The position numbers and the translations under genes were made by a program. Of a stretch of DNA of 64,000 nucleotides, positions 40,450 to 51,089 are shown in pieces; positions within the stretch are counted from its first letter, which is position 1; every line of letters starts with the position of its first letter. The notes under the pieces were generated by a model that worked only from the letters and a program-made list of their open reading frames with translations, was not told where the DNA came from and searched no databases. The DNA comes from a virus, in IMG/VR virus record IMGVR_UViG_3300042330_000875, positions 1 through 64,000 of that record. The stretch is one strand, 5' to 3'.

Positions 40450-40755
40450 TTATGTGTATTTTAACAACATTTCCACTTGAAAGGCATTGTCTTTATTAGG
40501 ATGATGTTTTAACCAATCATTTACATTTTCATATTTTTTTCCATTTAACCAATATTCCAAATATCCATCAGGCCAAATTGATGATGGTCCAGTTAATCGA
40601 TGATTAATATCTCCTTTTTTACACCAAAATTTATATCCTGATTCTAAATTTTCATAAGCAGGCGTATTTTCATTGGGTGAAGAAATTTTATATATAGGAA
40701 TATTTTCATATTTTTTAGCTATATATTTTTCACCATCGATATAATAAATAATCAT
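40450..40755 (-). CDS. HRLTGPA-family paralog, tail type A
   Basis: HRLTGPS, FQVEMLLKYT. Confidence 0.85.
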   Translation of the reverse strand: MIIYYIDGEKYIAKKYENIPIYKISSPNENTPAYENLESGYKFWCKKGDINHRLTGPSSIWPDGYLEYWLNGKKYENVNDWLKHHPNKDNAFQVEMLLKYT

Positions 40756-40761
40756 TTTAAT

Positions 40762-40871
40762 TTCTTTCAAATAACGGTTTAATCGCGTTTAGAAGCATGT
40801 TACAGGGGTTTTGAATTGATTTGTGTAATTGAGTAAGTAATTAGCTTAAACGGCTTTAAATCGCTTTAAAA
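40762..40871 (-). repeat. Non-coding repeat B, copy 2
   Basis: See copy 1. Confidence 0.9.
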
Positions 40872-41204
40872 TTAATTTTGCAAATACCAAAGAATTTTAT
40901 CTGTTTCAGTAAAAATACCAATGGCATCAAAATACAGATCGGGATTTGGATGATCTTTAAGCCAATCATGAATATTTTCATAATATTTTCCATTAAGATA
41001 AAATTCTTTTGTTCCATCTGACCAAATTCTAGCTGGTCCCGTTAATCTATGATAATTTATTTCTTTTTCACACCAAAATTTAAAACCATCAGCTAAACCT
41101 TCAATTGCTGGCGTTTGTTCATTTAAAGATGATACATTAATAAATAGAATTTTTGAATAATATTTCGTTTTAAACTTTTCACCATCAATATAATAAACAT
41201 ACAT
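40872..41204 (-). CDS. HRLTGPA-family paralog, tail type B
   Basis: Start MYVYYIDG after AAGGA; ends TETDKILWYLQN. Confidence 0.85.
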   Translation of the reverse strand: MYVYYIDGEKFKTKYYSKILFINVSSLNEQTPAIEGLADGFKFWCEKEINYHRLTGPARIWSDGTKEFYLNGKYYENIHDWLKDHPNPDLYFDAIGIFTETDKILWYLQN

Positions 41205-41232
41205 TATTTTATTCCTTATAAAAGATTTGCAG

Positions 41233-43344
41233 CTAATTAGCTGCAAATCCAAATTGTTTAGTAAATTCTTTTTTATTTTCCGATTCAATTTTCAAAAGAA
41301 TTTCTGGTGTTTCTGTTGCACCAAAATCAATAAATTCTTTTACTGTTTCAAAATCGCCAGGAGCTAAAACATATTGATCATTAAGAATAAATTCATCGGG
41401 TTCTCGATCCCAATACATTTTAAACATTTTTAATTTTTGATCTTTGTTCATATAATTAAATTTAATCTTAATTTGAAACCGTCTTAAAAATGCTTGTTCT
41501 AAAGATTTTTCATAATTGGTTGTAATTGCAAAATCGCATTTACGCAATTGTGTTTGAACTAAAAATTCATTTGCAATACTTTTCATATATTCGGCGCTTT
41601 TACCTTCTTTATTTGTTAAGAAAGTTTCAGCTTCATCAATTAATAAAATTGAATCTTCTTGATAAGCTTGTTCAAAACTTTCGGCAATATTTTGTTCAGT
41701 TTCTCCATAATAAGCAGAAATTAAGTCACTTGGTTTTTTAACCAAAACATTTTTGTTAAATTTTTCACCTAAATAATGAACTAATTGACTTTTACCTGTT
41801 CCACTTGGGCCTGATAAAAGCATATTCCATTTTTTATCAACTGATTTTAATTGATCAACAATTGAATTAACATTAACGTTTGTATTCAATAAACTAAGAT
41901 CATAAACTTTTGAAGCTTCGGTTAATTTAAATTCTCGTTTACGCCCCCAACGATTCATACGGTCGATTTGTTGAACAACATCAATTACGTTTTCTTTTGG
42001 GTTTAAAGCGATAATTTCACAAACTCGTTGAATATCCCAAGGAGTAATGTCGAATGTTTTTGCAAATTGTTTCTTTTGTGTTTCATTAAAGATTTTTTCA
42101 CCGTATTTATTCCAAGTTTTAATGCGTGTTTTTGCACTATGAACTTTAAATTCGGCTGTATATTTCATTCTTCTTAAAAATGAAGTTTCCATATAAACAT
42201 GATTGGCAGTAAAGATTGTTGGGATTGTTGCTTTTTCTAATAAATTATTAACAAACAATTTACTAAATTCTTTATCTTCTCTTGTTAAATCTTCTAATTC
42301 ATCAAAAAGCAAAATAGTATTTTTTTTATTTTTAAAGAATTTTTGAGCTAACACAAAATCACCCAAGCGCTGATCTCTTTTCTTTTCACCCAATGAACTT
42401 TCGCCAACTCGAATTAATTTATATCCAAGAGAGTTTGCTAATGCGCCTGCATATTCGGTTTTACCTGTTCCTGGTTTTCCCCATAATAAAAAGTTTGTTC
42501 CGCGATCATTTTTCTTAATTAAATTTTTAAAAATATTATGAGGAATTGTATCATCATAATCATCTAAACTTAATACTGATTTTTGATCAGTTGGGAAGAA
42601 AATATTTTCAATATCTTTTTTATTGATTTCAGGTGTATCTAAAATTTGTTTTAAACGGTCATCAAATTCAAATGATAAACAACTAAACATCATATCAGAT
42701 TGTTGATAAGTTTTTTTGAAAAACCCAAAACGAAACAAATCAGTATTGCCTAAAAGAATATTTTTTATTTTTTGTTGATCAACTTCAAGAACAATTGATA
42801 ATGCGCGATAATCGCTACCAATTTTCTTAATAAAATAATCAAGATATTCTTTTACGTACCAAAGAGTTGTTTGTTCATTTTCATACATTAAATAAAGTAT
42901 TTTCATTTCTAATTGGTCAAGTGAAATACTTTTACCAAATTTTTTAATATTTTTTGGTAATTTAAAGTTTTCAACAAGCCAATTGTCTTTAATTGTATTA
43001 ACATAAAATTCTAAATCGAAATTTTGAATAAATTGTTCATTTCTACTTTTAATAAAAATATTTTTTTGTTTACCTTCGCGCTCGCCAACTGGATTTTCTT
43101 TTTCATGTTTCATTAATTCATCTTGAAAATTTTGAAACGCTGTTTGTCCTAAAAGTTTTTCATCTCCATGTTCGAATATAAATTCTCTAATAGCAAATGG
43201 TTGTTGAACATAAAGATGATCGAATAATTTATAAAAAATATTTTTTAATAATGTGGATACAATATTCACGTCTGGTTGTCCTTTACCTAAAATTAATTGT
43301 CTTATCCTGTGACCATGTAATTCTTCTATTCGCATTACTTGCAT
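41233..43344 (-). CDS. Double-AAA+ ATPase
   Basis: GKPGTGKT/LLFDE and GPSGTGKS/LLIDE; AFLRRF. Confidence 0.88.
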   Translation of the reverse strand: MQVMRIEELHGHRIRQLILGKGQPDVNIVSTLLKNIFYKLFDHLYVQQPFAIREFIFEHGDEKLLGQTAFQNFQDELMKHEKENPVGEREGKQKNIFIKSRNEQFIQNFDLEFYVNTIKDNWLVENFKLPKNIKKFGKSISLDQLEMKILYLMYENEQTTLWYVKEYLDYFIKKIGSDYRALSIVLEVDQQKIKNILLGNTDLFRFGFFKKTYQQSDMMFSCLSFEFDDRLKQILDTPEINKKDIENIFFPTDQKSVLSLDDYDDTIPHNIFKNLIKKNDRGTNFLLWGKPGTGKTEYAGALANSLGYKLIRVGESSLGEKKRDQRLGDFVLAQKFFKNKKNTILLFDELEDLTREDKEFSKLFVNNLLEKATIPTIFTANHVYMETSFLRRMKYTAEFKVHSAKTRIKTWNKYGEKIFNETQKKQFAKTFDITPWDIQRVCEIIALNPKENVIDVVQQIDRMNRWGRKREFKLTEASKVYDLSLLNTNVNVNSIVDQLKSVDKKWNMLLSGPSGTGKSQLVHYLGEKFNKNVLVKKPSDLISAYYGETEQNIAESFEQAYQEDSILLIDEAETFLTNKEGKSAEYMKSIANEFLVQTQLRKCDFAITTNYEKSLEQAFLRRFQIKIKFNYMNKDQKLKMFKMYWDREPDEFILNDQYVLAPGDFETVKEFIDFGATETPEILLKIESENKKEFTKQFGFAAN

Positions 43345-43690
43345 CTAAATTTTTAAACCTTTCATAATCTTCACCACTATCAATTAAAATATAACACCAT
43401 GCTTTATTAGCATGTTTATTATCTAAAATGTTGATTTCTTCTCTTTGGTAAAATTTACCATTACTTTCCAAATAATCTAAATCTTCTAAAGTTAATATAT
43501 CAACTTGATAAATTTCTCCTTCAACTGAATTATTTCCTTTAATCATACCAGGAAAACTTCCTAAGTTAATTAAATCAAAATTAAATTCAGTTCTTGCATT
43601 TCCTAAAAATTTATTATTTGGATTATTAATAATTAAATCATTATTATGAAAATTTTTCTTTAAACTTCCATAAACAAAAACATTATACAT
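43283..43690 (-). CDS. Gamma-glutamylcyclotransferase (AIG2-like)
   Basis: VFVYGSLK, GEIY, LDYLE, YQR. Confidence 0.85.
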   Translation of the reverse strand: MYNVFVYGSLKKNFHNNDLIINNPNNKFLGNARTEFNFDLINLGSFPGMIKGNNSVEGEIYQVDILTLEDLDYLESNGKFYQREEINILDNKHANKAWCYILIDSGEDYERFKNLDASNANRRITWSQDKTINFR

Positions 43691-43826
43691 ATTTTTACTC
43701 CTTTTAACAAAGATTAACTTATTTTTTGGTTTTGTCAAGCTAAACATTTTAAAGAATTTTATATTCTAAAAAATTAACAATTTCTTTTAAATAATTAAAA
43801 TATCTATGTTTTCTGAGGATTTTTAA

Positions 43827-46634
43827 ATGCCAGTTGTATCAAATGCAAGAATTACGCCATTAACCGGAGAAGTAACATTTTTACCTGATGATCCAAATCA
43901 AGCAGCAAGTGGTAATTCAAATGCTGATGCTGGTGCAACCGCGCCTATTTATGTAAAAACCGTTCAAGGAGAAAATCTTGGTAGTGGTGAAGAATTATTT
44001 AAATCTTCATTAGGTAGTCAAGATATTGTTTTTACTTTTAAAACATTAAAAGCCGGTACTGGTGTTGTTTTACAATCTGATGGTGAAGAAATTACAATTA
44101 ATAATACTGGAACCAGTAGTTTTATTGGATTATCAGATGGTCCTGGTTCTATTGTTTCAAATGGTATTTTAGTTGGTAATCAAAGTGCTGATCAATTAGT
44201 TTATATTACTCCACCTGCACAATCAAATTTATTTTTATCATTTAATGGAACAGATTTTGTTTGGGATACAATACCTGTTAATGTTGGTGAAATTAATACA
44301 GGTAATAATTTAGGTTCAATTGGTGAAGGTGTTTATGCTAGTAAAACTGGAACAGTATTAAACTTTAAAAAAATTCGTGCTGGTTCTGGAATTACAGTAA
44401 CTTCATCATTAAATGATATAACAATTACTGGTTCTGGTGAAGCAAATAGTGGAAGTAATTTAGGAAGTGGATTAAGCGTTTATGCTGGAAAATCAGGAAC
44501 AACTTTAAATTTTAAAACCTTAAAGGTAACAGGTGATTTAACTTCAAATTTTACAGCAAATGATATAACAATTAATTCCAATTTACAAGCAGAAAATATT
44601 GGTTTAACTGGAACTGGTTTGTTTGCACAAAAAAATAATAATTTTTTGCAATTTAAAAAATTATTAAGTGGTGGCAATATTACAATTTCAGAAACAGCAG
44701 AAAATGTAACATTAACTGTTCCTGCCGGTGAAATTGCAGAAATGACAAATTTAGGTGTAGGTGGTGCAGGAACAGGACAAATTTTCCGTGATAAAACTGC
44801 ATCAACATTTAATATGCGTCGTTTAGTTGCTGGTTCAAACGTTTCTATTGTTCAAACAGGCAATGATATTACTATAAATTCAACTACAGGTGGTGGAACA
44901 GTAACAAGTGTTACAGCAGTTGGAGCAAATGGAATTGTTGTTACAGGTGGACCAATTACAACATCTGGTTCATTAACTGTTGGTTTAAATCCAAGTGGTG
45001 CTTCGGCTGGTTCTTATGTAAATCCAACATTAACAGTAAATGATCGTGGATTAATTACATCAATTACAAGCAATCCTAGTGGTGGTGAAGCTAATACCGC
45101 AAGTAATTTGGGTGTAGTTGGACCAGGAACCGCACAAATTTTTTCTAATAAAACAGGTGTTGATTTACAATTTAGACGTTTGGTTGCTGGTGCTGGTATT
45201 AATTTATCTCAAAACTCAACTGACATACAAATTTCAAATAGTACATTAGGAACCGTAACATCAGTTGGTTTAACCGGCTCAAGTAGTATTTCAATAACTG
45301 GCGCATCACCTATTACTTCTTCTGGAACATTTGCTTTAGATTTAACTAATACAGGTGTTGCTGCTGGAACTTATTCTTATCCAACAATGCAAATTGATGC
45401 AAAAGGAAGAATTTTAGCAATTAGTAACAATATAGTTTCAGGTGGAACTGTAACAAGTGTTACTTTAAATCCATTAAGTAATAAAATTTCAATTTCAGGA
45501 AGTCCAATTACAACATCTGGAACTATCAATTTAGATGTAAATGAAAATAATTTAAACATTGCTAATATGACTGGTACTTTAAGTTATACTCGTGGTGGTA
45601 CTGGATTAACAACAACAACATTAGGAAGTTTATTAGTTCAAACTGCAACTGGTTATAATTCATTACCAATAGGTACACAAGATCAAGTATTAACCGTTGA
45701 TAGTGGAAACATTATTTGGTCAACTATTTCTGCAATGACCGATCCAACAACTACGGCAGGTGATTTAATTTATCGCAATACAAGTAATGCGATTGATCGT
45801 TTACCCGTTGGTTCAAACAATCAAGTATTAACAGTAGTTTCAGGAACATTACAATGGGCGAATAGTCCAAGTGGTTTTGCTGATCCAATGACAACAAGTG
45901 GTGATATTATCATTCGTAATAATTCAAATATTACAAGCAGATTACCAGTTGGAACAAATAATCAAATTTTAACTGTTATTGGTGGGAATGTTGTTTGGAG
46001 CAATCCTGCTTTTACAAATCCATTAACAACTGCTGGCGATTTAATGTATCAAAATTCTTCAGCAACGAGATTACCAATTGGTACCAATGGTCAAGTATTA
46101 ACTGTTGATGCTGGATTACCTAAATGGATGAACAATGCAAGTGGTTTTTCTGATCCAATGACCAATGCAGGCGATATTATTATTAGAAATGGTTCAAATA
46201 CAACTACAAGATTACCAATTGGTACAACTAATCAAGTATTATCTGTAGGTGTATCAGGTGTTCCAGAATGGGCAACTACCACAGCCGCACAAACCACTTA
46301 TACGTTTAAAGTAAATTTTGATGGTTCAGGAAACATTGATATAACAACACCATTTTCTGATGTTCCTGTTGGTTGGTCAATTAGTCGAGATAATACCAAT
46401 CAATTTACAGTAACACACAATTTAGGTAATGGTGCAACACCAAAAACAGCGTTGATTGGTTATGCTTTACATACAACTTATGGTTTTATTCAAAAAATTG
46501 TAACAGGTAATCCACCTACTCAATATTCTTGCACATTTAGTCCTACTAATAAAACATTTACTGTTTATAGTGCAAGTTTATCAAATGCACAAGTAAGTAT
46601 TAATTCATACATTTTATATAAAATAACTTTCTGA
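43827..46634 (+). CDS. Repeat-rich tail fibre/virion structural protein
   Basis: G/T/S/N-rich; several internal repeat types. Confidence 0.75.
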   Translation: MPVVSNARITPLTGEVTFLPDDPNQAASGNSNADAGATAPIYVKTVQGENLGSGEELFKSSLGSQDIVFTFKTLKAGTGVVLQSDGEEITINNTGTSSFIGLSDGPGSIVSNGILVGNQSADQLVYITPPAQSNLFLSFNGTDFVWDTIPVNVGEINTGNNLGSIGEGVYASKTGTVLNFKKIRAGSGITVTSSLNDITITGSGEANSGSNLGSGLSVYAGKSGTTLNFKTLKVTGDLTSNFTANDITINSNLQAENIGLTGTGLFAQKNNNFLQFKKLLSGGNITISETAENVTLTVPAGEIAEMTNLGVGGAGTGQIFRDKTASTFNMRRLVAGSNVSIVQTGNDITINSTTGGGTVTSVTAVGANGIVVTGGPITTSGSLTVGLNPSGASAGSYVNPTLTVNDRGLITSITSNPSGGEANTASNLGVVGPGTAQIFSNKTGVDLQFRRLVAGAGINLSQNSTDIQISNSTLGTVTSVGLTGSSSISITGASPITSSGTFALDLTNTGVAAGTYSYPTMQIDAKGRILAISNNIVSGGTVTSVTLNPLSNKISISGSPITTSGTINLDVNENNLNIANMTGTLSYTRGGTGLTTTTLGSLLVQTATGYNSLPIGTQDQVLTVDSGNIIWSTISAMTDPTTTAGDLIYRNTSNAIDRLPVGSNNQVLTVVSGTLQWANSPSGFADPMTTSGDIIIRNNSNITSRLPVGTNNQILTVIGGNVVWSNPAFTNPLTTAGDLMYQNSSATRLPIGTNGQVLTVDAGLPKWMNNASGFSDPMTNAGDIIIRNGSNTTTRLPIGTTNQVLSVGVSGVPEWATTTAAQTTYTFKVNFDGSGNIDITTPFSDVPVGWSISRDNTNQFTVTHNLGNGATPKTALIGYALHTTYGFIQKIVTGNPPTQYSCTFSPTNKTFTVYSASLSNAQVSINSYILYKITF

Positions 46635-46643
46635 GGTAATTAA

Positions 46644-48008
46644 ATGCCAATTTTTCCTTCTAAACTATTACCTTTGGATATTTTAACAATTGTGCCACAA
46701 GCCAATTGGATAGAAAATGATGGAACTGGTGATCCTTGGATTGGTAATCCTTATCGTTGGACTTTAACGGCCAATGTTTCTGCACAAACCCATTCTTGTC
46801 ATTTAACTCCAACTCCTTTTTTATATGACGGAAATGATATTTTTGTAGGTATGTGGTTAGCTGATATATTAAGTGGGTTATCAGTAAAAATTGTTACTAT
46901 AAATTCACAAAATGCAAATCAAATAAATTGTATTGTTGAAGATGTTGATCGTTTTAATACATTTTCTGATCCTTCACAAAACGGAATTGGAATTGGAAAT
47001 ACCGGAACTGGTTTTTGTTTTCAATTAGGGGAAGATGGTTTACCAGTTTTAGGAAATATGACTTCAAGTGGCCCAATTTTAAAACAAAATCCAGCTTGGC
47101 AAGAAGATTTAGTTGGTAGATTTCGTTCAAGAAACTTTACAAAAGATTATATTAATGTTTTACAACCTTCACACGGTTTACAACCCGACGATTTAATTAG
47201 ATTAAATGGTTCTGGTAATTTTGTTAAAGCGCAAGCAACAAGTTTATTGGCTGCAAACGTAATTGGTAAAGTAGTTGATGTTGGAATTCCCGGTATTAAT
47301 TATTTTAGTTATAAACCATTTGGTGATATTCGTTCAACTTCTACTGTATTACCTGGAACACCTGGAAATTTATTATATTTAAATCCAACTACTCCTGGAA
47401 CATTTACTTTATCTAAGCCTTCTATTTGGAGTAAATCAGTTGCAATTAAAATGTCAGATACAAAAGCAATGTTTTTTGCTAGTAATTTTGATGCTATTAC
47501 AAGTGCAGGATATACAAATAATGCTTATCAAGTTAACACTATTGCAGAACGTGATGCTTTAATTGGGGTTAATATTGGTGATCAAGTACGAGTTAATAAT
47601 GTTGGAAATAATCGTTGGGGATTATACAGTTATTCAACTGGTAATGTTTGGAGTTTAATATCAACACAAGAAGCAGTTGCAACTGATGCACAAACAATTA
47701 ATTTAATTGTTAATTTTGATTCAATTTCGCCAACTCAAATAGCACAAGTATTAAGTGGAACTAAAATTATTGAGGCAACTATTAGAGTAATTACGCCATT
47801 TAATGGAACTACACCAACAATAACAATTGGTGGTCCTTCAAGTAATGATTCAATAATGAAAATAAATCATAGTGATTTAAAAGCAATTGGTTTTTATGAA
47901 AAATCTTCAGAATTTGTATATCCGGTTGATTCAATTGTTAATTATTATTTAAATACTTCAGGTTCTACCGCAGGTTCACTTGAATTAACATTAACTTATG
48001 TTCGATGA
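46644..48008 (+). CDS. Putative virion structural protein
   Basis: 454 aa, in operon with fibre genes. Confidence 0.6.
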   Translation: MPIFPSKLLPLDILTIVPQANWIENDGTGDPWIGNPYRWTLTANVSAQTHSCHLTPTPFLYDGNDIFVGMWLADILSGLSVKIVTINSQNANQINCIVEDVDRFNTFSDPSQNGIGIGNTGTGFCFQLGEDGLPVLGNMTSSGPILKQNPAWQEDLVGRFRSRNFTKDYINVLQPSHGLQPDDLIRLNGSGNFVKAQATSLLAANVIGKVVDVGIPGINYFSYKPFGDIRSTSTVLPGTPGNLLYLNPTTPGTFTLSKPSIWSKSVAIKMSDTKAMFFASNFDAITSAGYTNNAYQVNTIAERDALIGVNIGDQVRVNNVGNNRWGLYSYSTGNVWSLISTQEAVATDAQTINLIVNFDSISPTQIAQVLSGTKIIEATIRVITPFNGTTPTITIGGPSSNDSIMKINHSDLKAIGFYEKSSEFVYPVDSIVNYYLNTSGSTAGSLELTLTYVR

Positions 48009-48018
48009 GGAAAAATAA

Positions 48019-49656
48019 ATGACTACTAAAAATTTTGGTTTAATTGGTGTAGGTTCTACACTTCAACTTGGGAAAAATGGCGGTGTTTTTGATTTTAACA
48101 CTGGCAAATTACGTGCTAGAAATGCTGCCAATTCAGCATTTATTAATTTTCAAGCAGCAAGTCCAGTAGCAAATGATGATGTAGCAACTAAACAATATGT
48201 TGATGGCTTAGTTGCAGGTGGCGTAAGATATCGTGGTACAGTTGATGCAAGTGCAGCCAACCCTGCTGCTGCTGGTGTTATTGGTATTCCCGCAAATGGC
48301 GATCAATATAAAGCAACAACAGCCGGTAATACTGCATTTGGTTTTCAATTAAATGTTGGTGATTTTGTCATTTATAATGGTACAATTTGGGATAAAATCG
48401 ATGCAACTGATCCAAGTATAACTGGTACGTCAAATCGTATTACTGTAACTGCAACTGGTGATACATCTTATCAAGTTGATATTGCTTCAACTTATGTTGG
48501 TCAAACTTCTATTACTACATTGGGTACAATTACAACTGGTACTTGGAATGGTACAGTAATTGGAACAACTTATGGTGGTACTGGATTAGGGTCATTAGGT
48601 ACAGCCAATCAACAATTACGTGTTAATGCTGGCGGAACTGCTTTAGAATATTTTACACCTACTGCAATTGATTCAACAAGAATTACAAACTTAGGTGGCA
48701 CAACTTTTGTTGATACAGATGAGGTTGCTAATACTGTTGTAGCAAACGTAAATGGTGATCGTGTATTTGAAATTAAAAATACTGGCGGAACTGCTGATAG
48801 CATTTTTGAAATTGAAGCTGGAACCGCTGGTGAAATTTCTATTAATGTTACTTCTGGTACTGCAACTGATAGTGATCTTCGTTTAAATCCGCTTGGTAAT
48901 GGTCGTGTTATTGTTGGTGGAACAGGCGCAGCAGTAGTTCAAGCTAATACAGATGAAGATTTGCAATTATTTGCTGGTGATGGCGTAAATGGTGGCGATT
49001 TAGTTCTTAAAGCTGGTAATGGTTCTACAACTTCAGGCACAATTCGTTTCTTAGATAATTCAGCTTCAGAAAATCTTATTTTTGAAGTTGGTGCTGGTAA
49101 TGCTGCAACCAATCTTGAATTAACTTCAAGTGCAACTGGTGTAACATTGTCTGCAAAAGGTTCAGCAACTAATATCGATTTAATTCTTGGTTCAAAAACC
49201 CCAGGTAATAACGTTGGTTTAGTAAAAGCTGTTGCTGGTTATGATGCTGCTTTAACAACCAATTATGCAACTGATTCTAATGAAACTTTTGTAACATTAG
49301 GTACAGTAAAAGCTAAATTAGCTGAAGTTGCTGCTGGTGTTGATCCAGAAGTTCGTCGTGGTTCATTTACAACAACTGCTTCAACCAATATTGGTACAGT
49401 ATTACCAACTGTTGCATATATCGGTCGTGCAATTGTAAGAGTTACAAGTGCTTATACAAGTGGTGGCACATTTACATTAAAAGCTGGTGCGACTACAATT
49501 GCCGGTGATTCTGATGTTGATTTACAAGCAACTGGTACTTATTTGATTGACATTTATGATGGTGCAAATTATGGGGCAACACAACTTGCAGTTGAAATTG
49601 GTGGTTCACCTGCTGCTGGTGCTGCAATAATTTCGGTTGAATATAAAATTGCTTAA
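48019..49656 (+). CDS. Putative virion structural/fibre protein
   Basis: DVATKQYVD, YVGQTSITTLGTITTGTWNG, GGTG motifs. Confidence 0.7.
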   Translation: MTTKNFGLIGVGSTLQLGKNGGVFDFNTGKLRARNAANSAFINFQAASPVANDDVATKQYVDGLVAGGVRYRGTVDASAANPAAAGVIGIPANGDQYKATTAGNTAFGFQLNVGDFVIYNGTIWDKIDATDPSITGTSNRITVTATGDTSYQVDIASTYVGQTSITTLGTITTGTWNGTVIGTTYGGTGLGSLGTANQQLRVNAGGTALEYFTPTAIDSTRITNLGGTTFVDTDEVANTVVANVNGDRVFEIKNTGGTADSIFEIEAGTAGEISINVTSGTATDSDLRLNPLGNGRVIVGGTGAAVVQANTDEDLQLFAGDGVNGGDLVLKAGNGSTTSGTIRFLDNSASENLIFEVGAGNAATNLELTSSATGVTLSAKGSATNIDLILGSKTPGNNVGLVKAVAGYDAALTTNYATDSNETFVTLGTVKAKLAEVAAGVDPEVRRGSFTTTASTNIGTVLPTVAYIGRAIVRVTSAYTSGGTFTLKAGATTIAGDSDVDLQATGTYLIDIYDGANYGATQLAVEIGGSPAAGAAIISVEYKIA

Positions 49657-49674
49657 TAATTAAAATATTAAAAT

Positions 49675-49707
49675 AAAAAGGGGGAGAAATAATTCTCCCC
49701 CTTTTTT
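49675..49707. terminator. Bidirectional intrinsic terminator
   Basis: AAAAAGGGGGAGAA...TTCTCCCCCTTTTTT between convergent genes. Confidence 0.85.
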
Positions 49708-49832
49708 GTTCTGATAAAAGAAACTAAACTCAGAACTAACTTGCTTTTTTTAATCTACTGTACAATCAGGAGTGATAGGTTTCTTTATATTCTAAATATA
49801 TCTTTTATTGATCGAATTGTCAATCTTTATTT

Positions 49833-50171
49833 TTATTCTTTTGAAATATTTTCTACATTATATTCCATAAAATCGCTTAGAACAAAAAACAGATATACTA
49901 AAGCAGGAGCGCCGTTAAACAATAAAATCGCAAATAAAACAATAATATTTAGTTTACCACCAGAAGTATTAAGAAAGTAATCAGCAAGTGATTTGGAATT
50001 AAAAACTTTTTGTCCATACGTATTATACATTTTTTTCATATTATGCAATGAGTAAAATAGATAAGCAAAAATAAGAAAAACAATTGCAAAATAAATAATC
50101 GAACCTGTTGTAATAGCCAAAGTTGAATTTACAATTACATCTTGTGATGGGAAAAAAGTAGTAGTAGGCAT
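49833..50171 (-). CDS. Membrane protein (2 TM)
   Basis: Start MPTTT after AGGAG; promoter TTGACA-N17-TAATAT at 50218..50246. Confidence 0.7.
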   Translation of the reverse strand: MPTTTFFPSQDVIVNSTLAITTGSIIYFAIVFLIFAYLFYSLHNMKKMYNTYGQKVFNSKSLADYFLNTSGGKLNIIVLFAILLFNGAPALVYLFFVLSDFMEYNVENISKE

Positions 50172-50264
50172 ATTGATTTCTCCTTGTGTTTGGCGATATT
50201 GCCGTGTTGATAAAATGATATTAGTATATTTGTTATTAGTTGTCAATACCTTTTTTATTATTGT

Positions 50265-50558
50265 TTAAGAAAAAATAATAAAAACCATACCGACACCAAT
50301 CATAAAAATAGGTCGAAAATAGGCCATAAATTTGAAAAATTTTTTATTTATTTGTCCTTCTTTTCCGGTAAGTTTTAAAATTAAAGCATCATTTGCTTTA
50401 ATCCAAGCATCCCAATTAACTTGTGTCGTTTTTAGGTCAATGTCCGCAAACCCAAGAGGAATAGTAATTGTTTTACCATTTAAAACATAGATAAACAATC
50501 GGCGTCCATAAACAAGCATTAAAAATACACCAAAAATTTGCAATGCATACGTAATCAT
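50265..50558 (-). CDS. Membrane protein (2 TM)
   Basis: Hydrophobic termini; AGGAG SD. Confidence 0.7.
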   Translation of the reverse strand: MITYALQIFGVFLMLVYGRRLFIYVLNGKTITIPLGFADIDLKTTQVNWDAWIKANDALILKLTGKEGQINKKFFKFMAYFRPIFMIGVGMVFIIFS

Positions 50559-50582
50559 TTGATTTCTCCTTGGTTGTGTTTT

Positions 50583-50634
50583 GACGTTTCCGTCTTGATG
50601 TACCGATAATAGAAAATTTTCTGGTTTGTGTCAA
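50583..50634 (-). promoter_or_regulatory. Sigma70 promoter plus GACG-GAAA-CGTC leader hairpin
   Basis: TTGACA-N17-TATTAT; repeated at 53337..53388. Confidence 0.8.
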
Positions 50635-50664
50635 GCATATTTTTTGAAAATGTTTTGAAAAATT

Positions 50665-50812
50665 AAAAGGCGGGAAATTTCCCGCCTTTTATGATAATGT
50701 TTTGTTTTCCTCACCATGAAACGCATTAACTTAACAAAGGAACAAAACTTGGTATGCTTGGTTTTATCACGAAACCCCTGGAGGTAGTTAAGTTTTTACT
50801 ACGTGCGCCATA
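50665..50812 (-). ncRNA. Candidate structured small RNA
   Basis: Own promoter (TTGACA 50846-50841, TAATAT 50823-50818), terminator 50665..50690, nested stems, no real ORF. Confidence 0.55.
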
Positions 50813-51050
50813 ATTGAATATTATTATTTTTAATGGTAGTTGTCAAGAAGTTTTATTTTAAAGTTTAAAATATTCTGATTTAAATTCATAAGAATTAATT
50901 TGTTTCATACGAGCAAAAATTCTTGCTAAACTTTTTATAGAATATTCTTTTTGACAAACACCAGCAAACATCCAAGAAGAATTTTCTGGTTTTATGTAAA
51001 CTTCATAACAATAAGAATTTTTATTCATAGTTTATTTATTTTGAATTTTA

Positions 51051-51076
51051 TAAGAAGAGAATTAATTCTCTTCTTA
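51051..51076. terminator. Palindromic terminator
   Basis: TAAGAAGAGAA-TTAA-TTCTCTTCTTA. Confidence 0.65.
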
Positions 51077-51089
51077 TTAAAAATTGCTA

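Noticed and set aside
50750-50785. SRP RNA identity for the ncRNA (CAGG...AGCA)
   Set aside because: No GNRA tetraloop and stem geometry differs
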